From Octopus sinensis (Eukaryota), in contig NC_043010.1 in NCBI RefSeq assembly GCF_006345805.1, positions 16,678,001-16,742,000 of the forward strand: a DNA stretch of 64,000 nucleotides, given 5' to 3'. The notes below the pieces were generated by a model. That model was not told the origin of the DNA, made no database searches, and saw only the letters and a list, made by a program, of their open reading frames with translations. How positions within the stretch are numbered: the first letter of the stretch is position 1; each line of letters begins with the position of its first letter. Below, piece after piece: positions 24,821-37,101 of this stretch. The position numbers and the translations under genes are program-made.

Positions 24821-25790
24821 TATATATATACATATATATATATGTATATATATATTAAGAAAAAGGAGGTAGTGAGGATTTGGATAAGAATGATTTATTT
24901 AGCACTTTTTTCCTTTTCATTGGGATTCAGCATGAGGAATTATTCATCATGAATCCCTCCAAGGAACAAAAGCACAAAATAGAAAGTACTTATCCAAATT
25001 CTGACCACCTCCCTTTTATTAATATATAAAATCTGGAAACCACCTCAAACAATATACACCACACACACACATAAGTGACATGCCTACTTCTACATTTAGT
25101 CTGCACACAATTTTCACAAATGGAAAAATGAAAAATTACTAAAACCTTTGAAAAGCTGAATATCAGTGCAAACCAGATCCCGGTAAGTTAAATATCACTG
25201 CTTTCTTCTATGACAAAACCTCATTTAGCTCGAACACACACAAAAATGTCTACACTGAAACCTTTTCCTATACAAAAGACGCAATTAACATGAAATCCCC
25301 TTTTTTCCTTCTCTCCTTTTTACTTGTGTTACATGTCACACTTATCTTATGTAGAAGCGCACCAATAGATTTTCAGTTAAATATGAGTGCATTTATTCTG
25401 TGAAAAATGTGTTTTTCTATTTTTTGTTTTCAGACATAGAGATACTTAGAATAAAACTATTTCTCTCTATATTAAAAAGCAAAACATGCTTTCATTACAA
25501 AAAAAAAATGTATATAAAAATTCAATGTATTTTTAAACTTTTCTCAATATATTTATATATGAAGAGAGAGAGAGAGAGAGAGAGAGAGATAATGATGCAA
25601 ATATATACAATCGAGTTTTATATATATATATATATATTACTGAAACCTGTTTATAGGGTTATCCTGGGTTTCTCTATATGGCATATCATACATACTCACA
25701 CAACAGACCTATAAACAAGCCTTCACCAGTAATTAATATAGACTGCTCTACTTCTTAGAGAGTGCTTCTTCTCCATTTTTATGTTTTTTC

Positions 25791-25840
<50 letters not shown>

Positions 25841-25954
25841 GTATATATACATGTGTGTGTGTGTGTGTATAATATACATACATATATATACATGTAGGGA
25901 TATATTGAGAGAGAGAAACAAAGGCTGAAAATATTCGAATGATGATAAGTGCTT

Positions 25955-26280
25955 TCTGCTATAGCTTTGACCTCTAACCAAAGCCCTGTCAGTAGATTTA
26001 TTAGATAGAAACTGTAAGAAGCATGTCATATATATGTGTGTGTGTGGTGTGTGTGTGTGTGTGTGTGTGTGTGCATGTAAGTTTGTGTCTGCTCCACACC
26101 AGCACTTGACAACCAGTGTTGGTTTGTTTACATCCCTATAACCCAGCAGTTTAGCAAAAGAGATTGAGGGAATAAGCACTAGGATTTAAAAATAAATACT
26201 GGGGTCAATTCCTTTGATTGAAACCCTTTAAAGTCATGTCCCAGCATGGCTGCAGTCTAATGACTGAAGCAAGTAAAAGA
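25955..26280 (+). mobile_element. Diverged SINE family B, 5'-truncated
   Basis: CTGCTATAGC...GATTT..TAGATAGAAACTG..AGAAGC...TTGACAACC...CCAGCATGGCTGCAGTC..ATGACTGAA. Confidence 0.7.
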
Positions 26281-26664
26281 TACACACACACCCCTCATTT
26301 GAGGGGTGTTTCTTGTGAGTCACTTGGTGACCTCACCAGTGCTGGTGCCACATAAAAGTACTCAATTACTGACCAATGTTTGGCATTAGGAAGGGCATCC
26401 AGCTGTAGGCACCTTGCCAAAGCTGCTATTAGAACTTGAAGTAGTCCTGTGGCTTGCCAGAGCTTGTCAAACCATCCAGCCTATGCCAGCAGGAAAAAAA
26501 CAGATGTCAAATGATGATACACATACTTGTATATATATGTGTGTATATAATAATAAATACACACACACACACGTGTGTGTGTGTGTGCCAAGTTCAGAGA
26601 GATTCTACCTTTGTTGGCAACAAAGAGCCTCTCCCTCAGAGGGAAAGGCAGATTCTTTGATACA

Positions 26665-26890
26665 TGTGTGCAAACAGCTATGCTACATGGCAGTGAAACA
26701 TGAGCTGTGACTGCCAAGGACAAGTGTAGGCTTGAAAGAAATGAAGCCAGTATGCTTCACTGGATGTACAATGTCAGTGTGCACATTCAACAAAGTGTAA
26801 GCATCTTGAGAGAAAAGTTGGGCATAAGAGGCATCAAATGTGATGTGCAAGAGAGATGACTGCACTGGTATGGTCATGTGATGCATATGG
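26665..26890 (+). pseudogene. RTE ORF2 C-terminal fragment
   Basis: Encodes a degenerate AMLHGSET*AVTAKD...EASMLHWMYNVSVH...LREKLGIRGIKC...LHWYGHVM, matching the C-terminus of ORF 37102..38523. Confidence 0.8.
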
Positions 26891-27753
26891 ACGGATCAGC
26901 CGGAACCCTCATCGTCGTAACCGATGGAGTGCTTCCAAAAGATATGTTCCAACTAAGATTGCTTGGCATGCTGAGGCTACATTTAAATGAAATGGCTCAA
27001 TTAAATGTTACAACTGAACCAGGTGGGGACATGAGAATCTGCATATTATAGAGGGACATCATGTTAATTTTCCAGAAATTACAGCATGATGTGGCTTATC
27101 ATCAATAATTCTTTCCATCATTTCCTGAACTTTGAAAATGATGAATACCTGTAATACACTGAGATCAATTTGGTCCACTATATCCTGTTTCCTTTGCAAT
27201 GATTGGCTGCAAGCCAAGTCAAAAGGAACCATTATTAATTTTAACTGTTTACTGCTGTTGTTGCCGTTACTACCCTGGCTATTGTCATTGCTGTTATTGC
27301 TCTTGTTGCAACTGGTGTCATTGTCTAATACTGTTGTTGTTGTTGTTGTTGCTGCTGTTATTGTCACTGTTGTTACAGTTCCTGCTTTTGCTCCCGTGGC
27401 TATTGTTGTTGCAGCAGCAGTCGTCATTAGCAGCGATGAAAGGCAGCAACATGTGTTTCATTATAATTTCATTGGGACTCTTTGAAAGACGCCTGACATT
27501 CATCGAAGCAAAACTAATTGACCGACATAATTGGAATTAGTCAGCCAGAAAAGAAATGAAAAAAAACCCCCAAAAAATATGATGTGTCTATCACCTGTGT
27601 GTATGTGTGTGTGTGTGTGAGAGAGAGAGAGAATTATACAATATATAATAAACACAAAATAAAATACACAAAATATCCTCCTAGACAGAAATATGAAAAG
27701 GTATCTGCAAATATAACATTCATGTATTCTTCATACATGCAGAAGACACAAAT

Positions 27754-27794
<41 letters not shown>

Positions 27795-27808
27795 TACATG
27801 TGTGCATA

Positions 27809-27854
<46 letters not shown>

Positions 27855-27979
27855 TATATATATATAATATATATATATATACCTATTAAGCTTAGCAATT
27901 AGATTTCTTCATCCTCCAAGCTAGGTTGTTTCCTCTTAAATCTCATTATTATTACATTTCATGTGTGTGTGTGTGTATA

Positions 27980-28095
27980 TTGGCCTGCCCGCTTAGCCAG
28001 CGAGATGGCGTCCTTTGAAGGCTAAAACAATGCGAAGCGCATTGTGACCAGCGATGTGTAGCAACATCTGATAGCCTGGTCGGTGACGGTGACGG
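27980..28095 (+). mobile_element. Retroposon 3' tail (also found as the tail of the SINE at 48090)
   Basis: TTGGCCTGCCCGCTTAGCCAGCG...GGCTAAAACAATGCGAA...GACCAGCGATGTGTAGCAACATCTGAT is the reverse complement of 48090-48210. Confidence 0.75.
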
Positions 28096-28699
28096 TGTGT
28101 GTATATATGTATACATACACTCACACACGTGTGCACACACACACGCACACACACACAGACAAACACACACACATACACACACAAATATTTGATAAAATGC
28201 TCAAGTTTACAAGAACAGAGTCCAGGTAACAAAGGAATTATCTAATTAGTAGGGTTAATAAGTTATTTTTTAAAATTTGTTTTCATCTCTTTCAACTGAC
28301 CCCCGCTCCCAACTTTATATCCCTACCAGCAGAGCACATCTCCCTTATCCATCACTTGTAAACGAGCAATGTTTATGAAATGTTTACTGTAGGTTTTTTT
28401 TTTATGTTTATTAAATTTGTTTACTGTGTTTTTATTAGTGTATGTTTATTAGATGCCTATTTTATGTTTCTTGTATGTTGTAACGAGTGGATATATAAAA
28501 ACATCAAATGCTTGGAGACTCCTGAAGTTGGAGAAGAGACTGTCTCTGGCAGCACATGGCCTTCTCTTACTCATGTCTTGTACATGATGAAGGGATGGCT
28601 GAATGAATGGATCAATAGGTAGACAGGTGGATGTGTGCGTGTACGTGCACCTATCCATTTATCTATCCATCCCTATACACATATATTTATCTATATACA

Positions 28700-29030
28700 T
28701 AAATATATGTATGTATGACTGTATGTATGTATGTATGACTGTATGTATGTATGTATGACTGCATGACTGTAAGTATGTATGTATGTATGACTGTATGAAT
28801 GTATGACTGTATGTATGACTGTATGTATGTATGTATGTATAACTGTATGTATGTATGTATGACTGTATGTATGTATGTATGACTGTATGTATGTATGTAT
28901 GACTGTATGTATGACTGTGTGTGTGTATGTGTGTGTGTATGTGTGTATGTATGTGTGTATGTATGTGTGTATGTATGTGTGTATGACTGTATGACTATGT
29001 ATGTGTGTATGTATGTACATATCATCATTC
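28700..29030. repeat. (GTAT)n/GACT compound microsatellite
   Basis: Directly visible. Confidence 0.95.
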
Positions 29031-29685
29031 CATGCCTACTCCCTACAAAGGAATGGCTGTAAAATGTCTTCCGCTCTGGCTCGCTTGTCCATTCCATTTA
29101 CAGCATGTTTTCGGTTTTGATGTCCTTCCTAACACCAACCCCTTTTGCTGTCCACTGAATCTATTTCATTACGGCAGCAACATTAGGAGGGGTTGTCATG
29201 TCCTTTGGCCAGATGAAAGAATTCCCTTCAAACACAAGTTGTCCCCATTTGTTTGTCAGCCACTTCACAGAATATGTTTTATAACTGAACCAGCTCCTGG
29301 AAGGTTCAGGAGTATTTACTACACAACAGTATCTCCATTTATTTAAGATACGGTGACCTCAAGGGTGAATACAAGAGCGGGAGAGAGAGAAAGAGAGAAA
29401 TGACAGAAGGGGCCAAACATATGATGGGAGAAGCAGAATGATTAGGGGTGAGAGTAATGGTTGTGCAACAATACTGGAAGAGAAGTGAAGGAGAAGAGAG
29501 AACAATGATAGGGAAGGAACACTTATTGGCACAAATTTGAACTGCATTTCATCTAGGCTAATTCCCTTCCTCATCACTTGTGATAAAACTAAAGTCACTA
29601 AGCATTTTGTCTGATGTTCTAATGACTCTGTCAATTAATTATCATTTCTCTCTCCCTCTGCCCCTAAGAGAGAAGGTGAGTAAGG

Positions 29686-29721
<36 letters not shown>

Positions 29722-30154
29722 ACTGCAGTTTGTTTGGAGTAGTATGAACTATGTAGATAAAATCAGTGTGTTATAGAAAGCAACAACAACACACGCAATA
29801 TTTTAATTATTCTTAAAAAATAAGCATACTGAAAATATTGAACTGTTACCTAAGAAATATTTGATTTGTGCTAATATTTCAGGTTAAGAACTTTGTTATA
29901 AAAGCTTTGAAGAACAAGAGAGAGAGAAGGAAATCTATATTACGAGTCCGTTCTATTGGTGTGTTGACAGATTTGAGATGATGACAGAATGGGCATATAA
30001 TTTATATCTGTTTTGTTCTTGAAAGTTTTTGTAAAGGGGTTTTTAACCTGAAAGGTCGGAACTAATTAAATATTTCAATATCTTTGTTATTTAATGTTTT
30101 ATCTGCATTACTCTCAGCTTCTTTTATACACTGATTTATGGCTAGACTAAATCG

Positions 30155-30155
<1 letters not shown>

Positions 30156-30185
<30 letters not shown>

Positions 30186-30298
30186 CATACATATATATCC
30201 ATACATATATATATATATATATATACATACATACATATACATACATACATACATATACATACATACATATACATACATACATATATATATATATATAC

Positions 30299-30378
<80 letters not shown>

Positions 30379-30390
30379 ACATACATATAT
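30156..30390. repeat. (TA)n/(CATA)n microsatellite
   Basis: Directly visible. Confidence 0.95.
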
Positions 30391-30922
30391 TAAAAAGACA
30401 AGTAGTGAGACATAGATTGTTAGACATATTTTGCACATCTTGATGAGTTACAAAACTTCCTTGTTAAGTACATCATCAGCTCTATTGACTGACAGACAAA
30501 TAAATTGAAAAAGGCAAAAAAAGTAAAGACAGCTGACCAAATTCACAAATTTATCAGTATCAGTTTGACAGACGAAAGATTTAAGATGTCAATTCAACAC
30601 AAGACATCTCTACACTGACAAATATGTGTAGAGATCTGTTTTGTAGATGCTGACTAGTTTCATAAAAGTTCTGGAGATTTTAGTAGATTTTTGCAGTAGA
30701 ATTGTTGTCAGTGATCTAGTTGCATTTGTTCAATGAAAATGTTGATTGCTCAAGAAATAATTTAAAAGTTCTGAAGACAGCGGTGAAACAGAATGGTTCC
30801 GTTGATAACTATATATTACATATAGCCTGTAATTAGCAGCGATTAGTAAGATTCACAAATTGTAAATCAAACAGAGAGAATAGGCATTAAAGAGGTCCTA
30901 AAATACTTTAGCTCTCACAATA

Positions 30923-31357
30923 CTCTCTTTTACTCTTTTACTTGTTTCAGTCATTTGACTGTGGCCATGCTGGAGCACCGCCTTTAGTCGAGCAAATCGA
31001 CCCCAGGACTTATTCTTTGGATGCCTAGTATTTATTCTATTGGTCTCTTTTGCTGAACTGCTAAATTACGGGTACGTAAACACACCACCATCGGTTGTCA
31101 AGCGATGCTGGGGGAACAAACACAGACACACAAACACACACATACACACACACATATACATATACATATATGCGACACACACATACATATATATACATAT
31201 ATATGACGGGCTTCTTTCAGTTTCCGTCTCCCAAATCCACTCACAAGGCTTTGGTTGGCCCGAGGCTATAGTAGAAGACACTTGCCCAAGGTGCCATGCA
31301 GTGGGACTGAACCTGGAACCATGTGGTTGGTAAGCAAGCTACTTACCACACAGCCAT
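30923..31357 (-). mobile_element. SINE family B, full length
   Basis: Reverse complement of the 24435-24820 pattern. Confidence 0.9.
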
Positions 31358-32383
31358 CCGTTTGCAAAGCTGAAGTGTGACTCACAACGGTATTTTGATT
31401 TCCTTATCTAGGATGGTGCTGCTACTGCTGCTGCTACATAAATAGATGGTATCCCCCAATTAAAAAAAAAGGGGACACACAGCTGAGTGTATGGAGTCAG
31501 TCATTAACATACTCCCAACTGTAACCCACAGATGAGCAGTCTCTTCACTCTGTTGCAACTTAATGAGGTCCTTACTCCTAGGAGCTGGTTGGACCCATGT
31601 CTCCTCTACATGAATCACCTGTCTTGCCCATCTTCTTTCCCCTCATGTCTACCCCAAAAGGCCCCCACATTGATCTATATGCTCAATTCTTCCTCTTCTG
31701 AAGGTGTCTAGATGTTGACTAAATAGACAGAGATTATGTGATCCTATTTCACATAAGGATTATTAGCCAGACCATTACAAGAGACAGCCTTCCCATATGT
31801 GACACGCATAAGCTTGTTACATAGAAATTATCAATAAATGCCTGTGATCCACATATGACCAGTCAAAGTTTGTTTGATGAGCATGCCCTATACAGGAGTT
31901 AGGCATAATAACCATAAAAGTTTGTGACACACAAATGTTCACTCTACAGACACACAATGTATATGAAATATATCACAGTGGCAATTACAACATCTTAATG
32001 TTAACTAGTTAAATAAATAAAAAATAAAAAATTTAAACGTGAACTAATTACAAAATATTCTTGTAATATTGACAACAAAATACACACACGCAGACACACA
32101 CACACACACACACACACACAGAGGCATATCTATATATTAGATAGGCTTTAATACTGTTGCTGACGGTCAAAATCTAACAGATAAGGCATGAGTCAATGTG
32201 AAGCTTCAGCAGAAGACATTGTCCTGAGGTGCCATGCAATGGGATTGAACCCAGAACCATATCCTCCTCACAAAACAAACTGGTTAACAACACAGCCATG
32301 TCTGTGAGTATGTGCATGCATGCATTTCTATGGCCTGTAAAATTTTGTTTGATAAGCTCTCTCTCTCTCCATACAAAAATATA

Positions 32384-33584
32384 CAGGGTGCAGTGAATAT
32401 ATTGTTGTCTTAAGTTATGCAAAAATGAAAATAACACTGAGATCTCATTTTAACAGATATATTTACCAAAATTACATAACAAATATCTTGAAATACTAAA
32501 TAAATTTATTCAGTGAAATCGCCATTGGCTTCAACCATGGCCTCCAAACAACTTCAGAATCTCCTGCAACTCTTCTGGATGGTCTCCTTGTTTAAGTTGG
32601 TGAATGCTGCCATGACCCTTGCCTTCAGTTCATCTTTTGTGTTAGGAGGAGTTTTGTTGGTCTCTCACTCAACTGCGCCCCACACATAATAATCAAGGGA
32701 GTTGCAGTCTGGAGAGTTAGGTGGTCTGATGTTAGGGGTGATGTGGTTGCAGAAATTGTCAGACAGCCATGATTGGGTTCTCCTGCTTGTGTGGCATGGT
32801 GCAGAGTCCTGTTGCCAGACAGTCTTCCAGCAGTCACCCTCTTGACCCAGGGCAGCATTAACTCCTCCAGGCACTTGATGTAGGCTTCCATGTTGAGTTT
32901 GAGGCCGAATGGGAAGATGAATGGAGGCATAATGTTGCCATCACTACTGATCACACCAAACACCATGATGTTGACTGGATGTTTGATTTTTATCACTCTC
33001 GGTACATGTTTTGGGGACATGGCAAGCTAACGGTTGGTCTGTCTGTTCACTGTCTGATCCTGACAGAAACTTTTCTTGTCTGAGAAAAACCGAAGCATGT
33101 TTGGTTGGAGGGGATGCTTGCATTTGTTGAAAAGCTTCTTCCTCTCGTCCTTGATGCTTGAGATAAAAATTGGCCCTTTCTCATCTTGTATGAGCTATAC
33201 CAAATGTCTTCATGCACTACTTGCCTGATAAGAAACTCAGACACTCCCATGTCCTTGGTGACAGGCCTGGTTGACTTGGAGAGATTGTTCTCTATCAAGA
33301 TTTGGATCTCACCAAAAAATTCAGGAGTTCTTTTCTTATCAGAATGATCAGAGTGAGTTTTCTGAGCTGCCATATCTTCGTAATCCCCATTAGACTCATC
33401 CAACTCTTTCTGAATCCTCTCTGCTGTCTTCATTGAAAATGTTCATACTGGAGCTTCAGCGTGAATGCCAAGTAGTACAGCATGTCGTTTCCAAGTTTCT
33501 GACTGAGTGAATTGTGTCATGGGGCTGTTCTTCTCACAGACGGTGCCCAACTGACCCTACTATACTGTTACCCATTGCTCCCTG
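32384..33584 (-). mobile_element. Tc1/mariner transposon, DD37D (maT-type), decayed
   Basis: Ends TA|CAGGGTGCAGTG and (reverse complement) CAGGGAGCAATG; transposase pieces in ORFs 33047..33433, 32625..33020 and 32665..32874. Confidence 0.85.
32521..33530 (-). pseudogene. DD37D transposase pseudogene
   Basis: FSDKKSFCQDQ (first D), KHPVNIMVFGVIS, VWQQDSAPCH (second D), PPNSPDCNSLDYYVWG (third D, 37 residues after the second); frameshifts and stops. Confidence 0.85.
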
Positions 33585-33592
33585 TGTTTATG

Positions 33593-33644
<52 letters not shown>

Positions 33645-33897
33645 AAATAAGAAAAAGAGATGATGCAAGAAAAATAATGATTATGTTATGATGTCATTAG
33701 CTTACAGGTGTTTCTGCAACAAAATGCAGTGGGCTCATTGAGTGCCTGCACAACAGCTAATGAAGTTCATAACATAACCATCGTTTTTCCTGTAAAATCT
33801 CCTTTTCTTTTTACCACTCTACACTCATCTAACACTTTTTTCTGAAATATATGTCTATGGAGCTTTACACCCGGTTATCAGCCTAGCAATGTCTAAG

Positions 33898-33954
<57 letters not shown>

Positions 33955-34124
33955 CACACACACATACACAAACACATACAGCTTGTGAAAAAGGTGTAAA
34001 CAACTAACGTTACCCCAGAAGATCACTCTCAAGTCATCTCTTTACGATCTTATTGCTCATCTCTCAAGCACTCTCTCCTCCTCCTCCTCACTCTCTCAAT
34101 CTGACAAAGTTTCATAAGAGTTTG

Positions 34125-34330
34125 ATTCATCATCCTTTAACATCCGTTTTCCAAGCAGGCATAGGTTGGACAGTTTGACCAGAGCTGGCAAGGCTGGAGA
34201 GCTGCACCAGGTTCCAGTCTGATTTTTGCTTGGTTTCTATGGCCAGATGCCCTTCTTAACACCAACCACTTTACTGAGTGTGCTGGGTGCTTTTTATGTG
34301 GACTGACATGGAAGGGTGCTGTTTACATGA
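34125..34330 (-). mobile_element. Diverged RTE 3' end
   Basis: CATCATCC.TTTAACATCCGTTTTCC...GGATGCCCTTC..AAC.CCAACCAC...GGGTGCTTTTTA. Confidence 0.8.
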
Positions 34331-36084
34331 GCTGGCACAGATGCTTTTTATGTGGACTGGCACAAGAGCACTTGTAAGGCAAAACCCCCTTCAGCTGGGG
34401 GTGGGGGTATTAACAATTCTGCTGTGGTAGTCGGGTTTTTGGGGGTACATCGAAACACCAGTTAAAATTCTTTGTATCAGAAATCTTATCTTTAAATTAA
34501 ATCTTTTTCTTATAATTTATTTTCTCCCCTTAAAAGTTCTAAAATACATTAAGATATTGGCTACAAAGTGTTAAATTATAACGATTTCCTTAAAATAACT
34601 ATTTAACCATTAAACTTAGATAACGAAGCTCATTTGAATAATTAATGATGCTGATTCCATTATAAGCTGAATAAAACTTCACAAAATCTATTATTTTTTT
34701 CTCTCATTATTAAATAGAAAATCATATTTAACCCTGTAATTATAGACGATGCTTAATTTCCAGTCGTGAGCTTATTTGAAATACTGGTTACATGTATGAA
34801 GAAATTCAACATCAGAAGGTATTAAACCTAAATTGCATCAGTCTAAAAAGATGTTGTGATGTTGATGCCGAAACATGAAGGATGCAACTAAAATTAAGTC
34901 ATCAGGAGATTCTCAATCAGTCAGTTTTCTTTTGGTTACGAAAATTTTCATAGAATATAAACTAACACCATGACTATTGTAATCAAACTTATTACATCAA
35001 ATTTAGATAACAACTATTTAAATGTTAATCTGCATTAATTAGTTTACCTAATTAAATATTTTCACAATCCCCTGTAAGCTTGCATATTTGATTTGGTCAA
35101 TTTGAATGTTTTTTCTATAGTTTTAGAAATATATATTTTATTTGATCTATCTTTGAAAATTTTCTAACATACTACAAAAATAGCAGGGTAATTTAATTAA
35201 TGCGCTTTTTAATTAATACTGGCACCTACATGGAAATATTTAAAGCTTCAAGAAATATTCTTTCCCTCTTTCTTTTCTCTGTCTGAAATAAATTCAAATT
35301 ACATTCCATATATGGAAATATGGTGTGATAATAGTTTTTGGTGGCTACAATGGTAATTTTCTATTTTCTATCTTCTTTGGGGTCTTATGAAACTGCAGCC
35401 TCATTATGCTAGAATTTAGCTCAGTTTCCATAGTGCGTAAGCAATTAAGAGTACAATACATCCTTCTAAACAGGACACCGGTTTGTCCAGGACTACCCCA
35501 CTAACCAACTGCTGTTGAGACAATAGATCTCTTTAACCTGAGACACTAGTCCATCCAGTGTTAACTCCCAATTGTTGTTGTTGTTGGTGTGTGTGTGTGT
35601 GTTTATATATATGTATATACATATATACATTTCCTGTATTTGTGTTATCTCAATCTCAATTACTCTCATCTGTATGTTTTCCCTGTTTTTGTAACTTGTC
35701 TCTTTCTGTTGCAGAATGACCATATACAATGGCTACTGATGCCCCTTAGGCCTGCAAGTCTGCCTGAGGTGCTGAAACTGCTATAATCCTTTCTGAGGAA
35801 ACTAATGAGGGTTTAACCCAATTTTCTTCGTAGTGTTTGCACTAATTACTTATCTAAATTATCACCATCATTTAATGTCCACTTTCCATGCTTGCAAGGG
35901 TCAAGCAGAATTTGTTGAGGCAAATTTTCTATAGCTGGATGCCCTTCCTGTCACCAACCCTCACCTGTTTCCAAACAAGATAGATACTTCCCTGTGACCA
36001 CTTGTATGATGATAATGATGATGATGCTTATTTACAACCAACATGTAATGTCTAGACAAGCATACACATGCACACGCACACACA

Positions 36085-36597
36085 TGTGCGATGGGTTTCT
36101 TTCAGTTTCCGTCTACACAATCCATTCACAAGGCTTTGGTCAGCCTGAGGCTATAGTAGAAGACACTTGCCTATGGTGCCATGTAGTAAGACTGAACCTG
36201 GAACGTGGTGGTTGGGAAGCAAGCTTCTTAAGAACACAGTCTTACCTGTGCACACACACGCACACACATATCTATATATCTGTATCTAGCTATCTATTTA
36301 TCTATATATATATATATGTATGTATGTATGTGTGTATATATATAAATATATGTATATATATGTATATATCTTCTTTTATTCTTCTTTTACACGTTTCAGT
36401 CGTTTAAGTGTGGCCATGCTGGAGTAGCACCTTTAGTCAAACAAATCAACCCCAGGACTTATTCTTTGTAAGCCTAGTACTTATTCTATCGGTCTCTTTT
36501 GCCAAACTGCTAAGTTTCATGGACATAAACACACCACCATCAATTGTCAAGCGATGGTGGGGGTACAAAGAAACACAAAAACACTCATACATAAATA
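36085..36597 (-). mobile_element. SINE family B pieces (5' half of one copy, 3' half of another)
   Basis: 36085-36245 is the head/body; 36370-36597 is a tail half that ends at the RTE junction. Confidence 0.75.
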
Positions 36598-37101
36598 TCA
36601 TCATCATCATCATCGTTTAACATCCGTTTTCCGCGCTAGCACGGGTTGGACGGTTCGACCGGGGTCTGGGAAGCCAGGGGCTGCTCCAGGCTCCAGTCTG
36701 ATCTGGCAGAGTTTCTACGGCTGGATGCCCTTCCTAACGCCAACCACTCCGCGAGTGTAGTGGGTGCTTTTTAAGTGCCACCTGCACAGGTGCCAGAGGG
36801 GGTCCGGCATCGGTCACGATCGGTTGGAGCTTTTAACGTGCCAGCGGCACGGAAGCCAGCCAAGGCGGCGCTGGCAACGTTTGGATGGTCTTTTTATGTG
36901 CCACTGGCACTGGAGCCAGTCGGGGCGGCGCTGGCATCGGCCACATTCGGATGGTGCTTTTTATGTGCCACCGGCACAAGTATCACAACTACTATTTCCA
37001 TTGATATTTATTTTGACGTTCATGTTCATGTACTTGACTCAACAGGTCTCCTCAAGCACAGCGGGACGTTCTGGATCCAGGGTACTTTGAATGGGCAGGG
37101 G

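Noticed and set aside
18279-30443. Many YI/HT/VC-repeat ORFs (18.3k, 22.5-23.4k, 28.7k, 30.1k; also 43k, 46k)
   Set aside because: Translations of dinucleotide and tetranucleotide microsatellites.
30765-30805. TTCTGAAGACAGCGGTGAAACAGAA hammerhead-like motif, with a faint GIY-YIG-like peptide upstream (ERFKMSIQHKTSL, ~30570)
   Set aside because: No UH cleavage triplet, poor stem II, and the peptide match is too weak to call a Penelope relic.
36700-37000. CRISPR-like reading of palindromic repeats with variable linkers
   Set aside because: Eukaryotic context, part of a LINE 3' UTR, the linkers are homologous to each other, and there are no cas genes.
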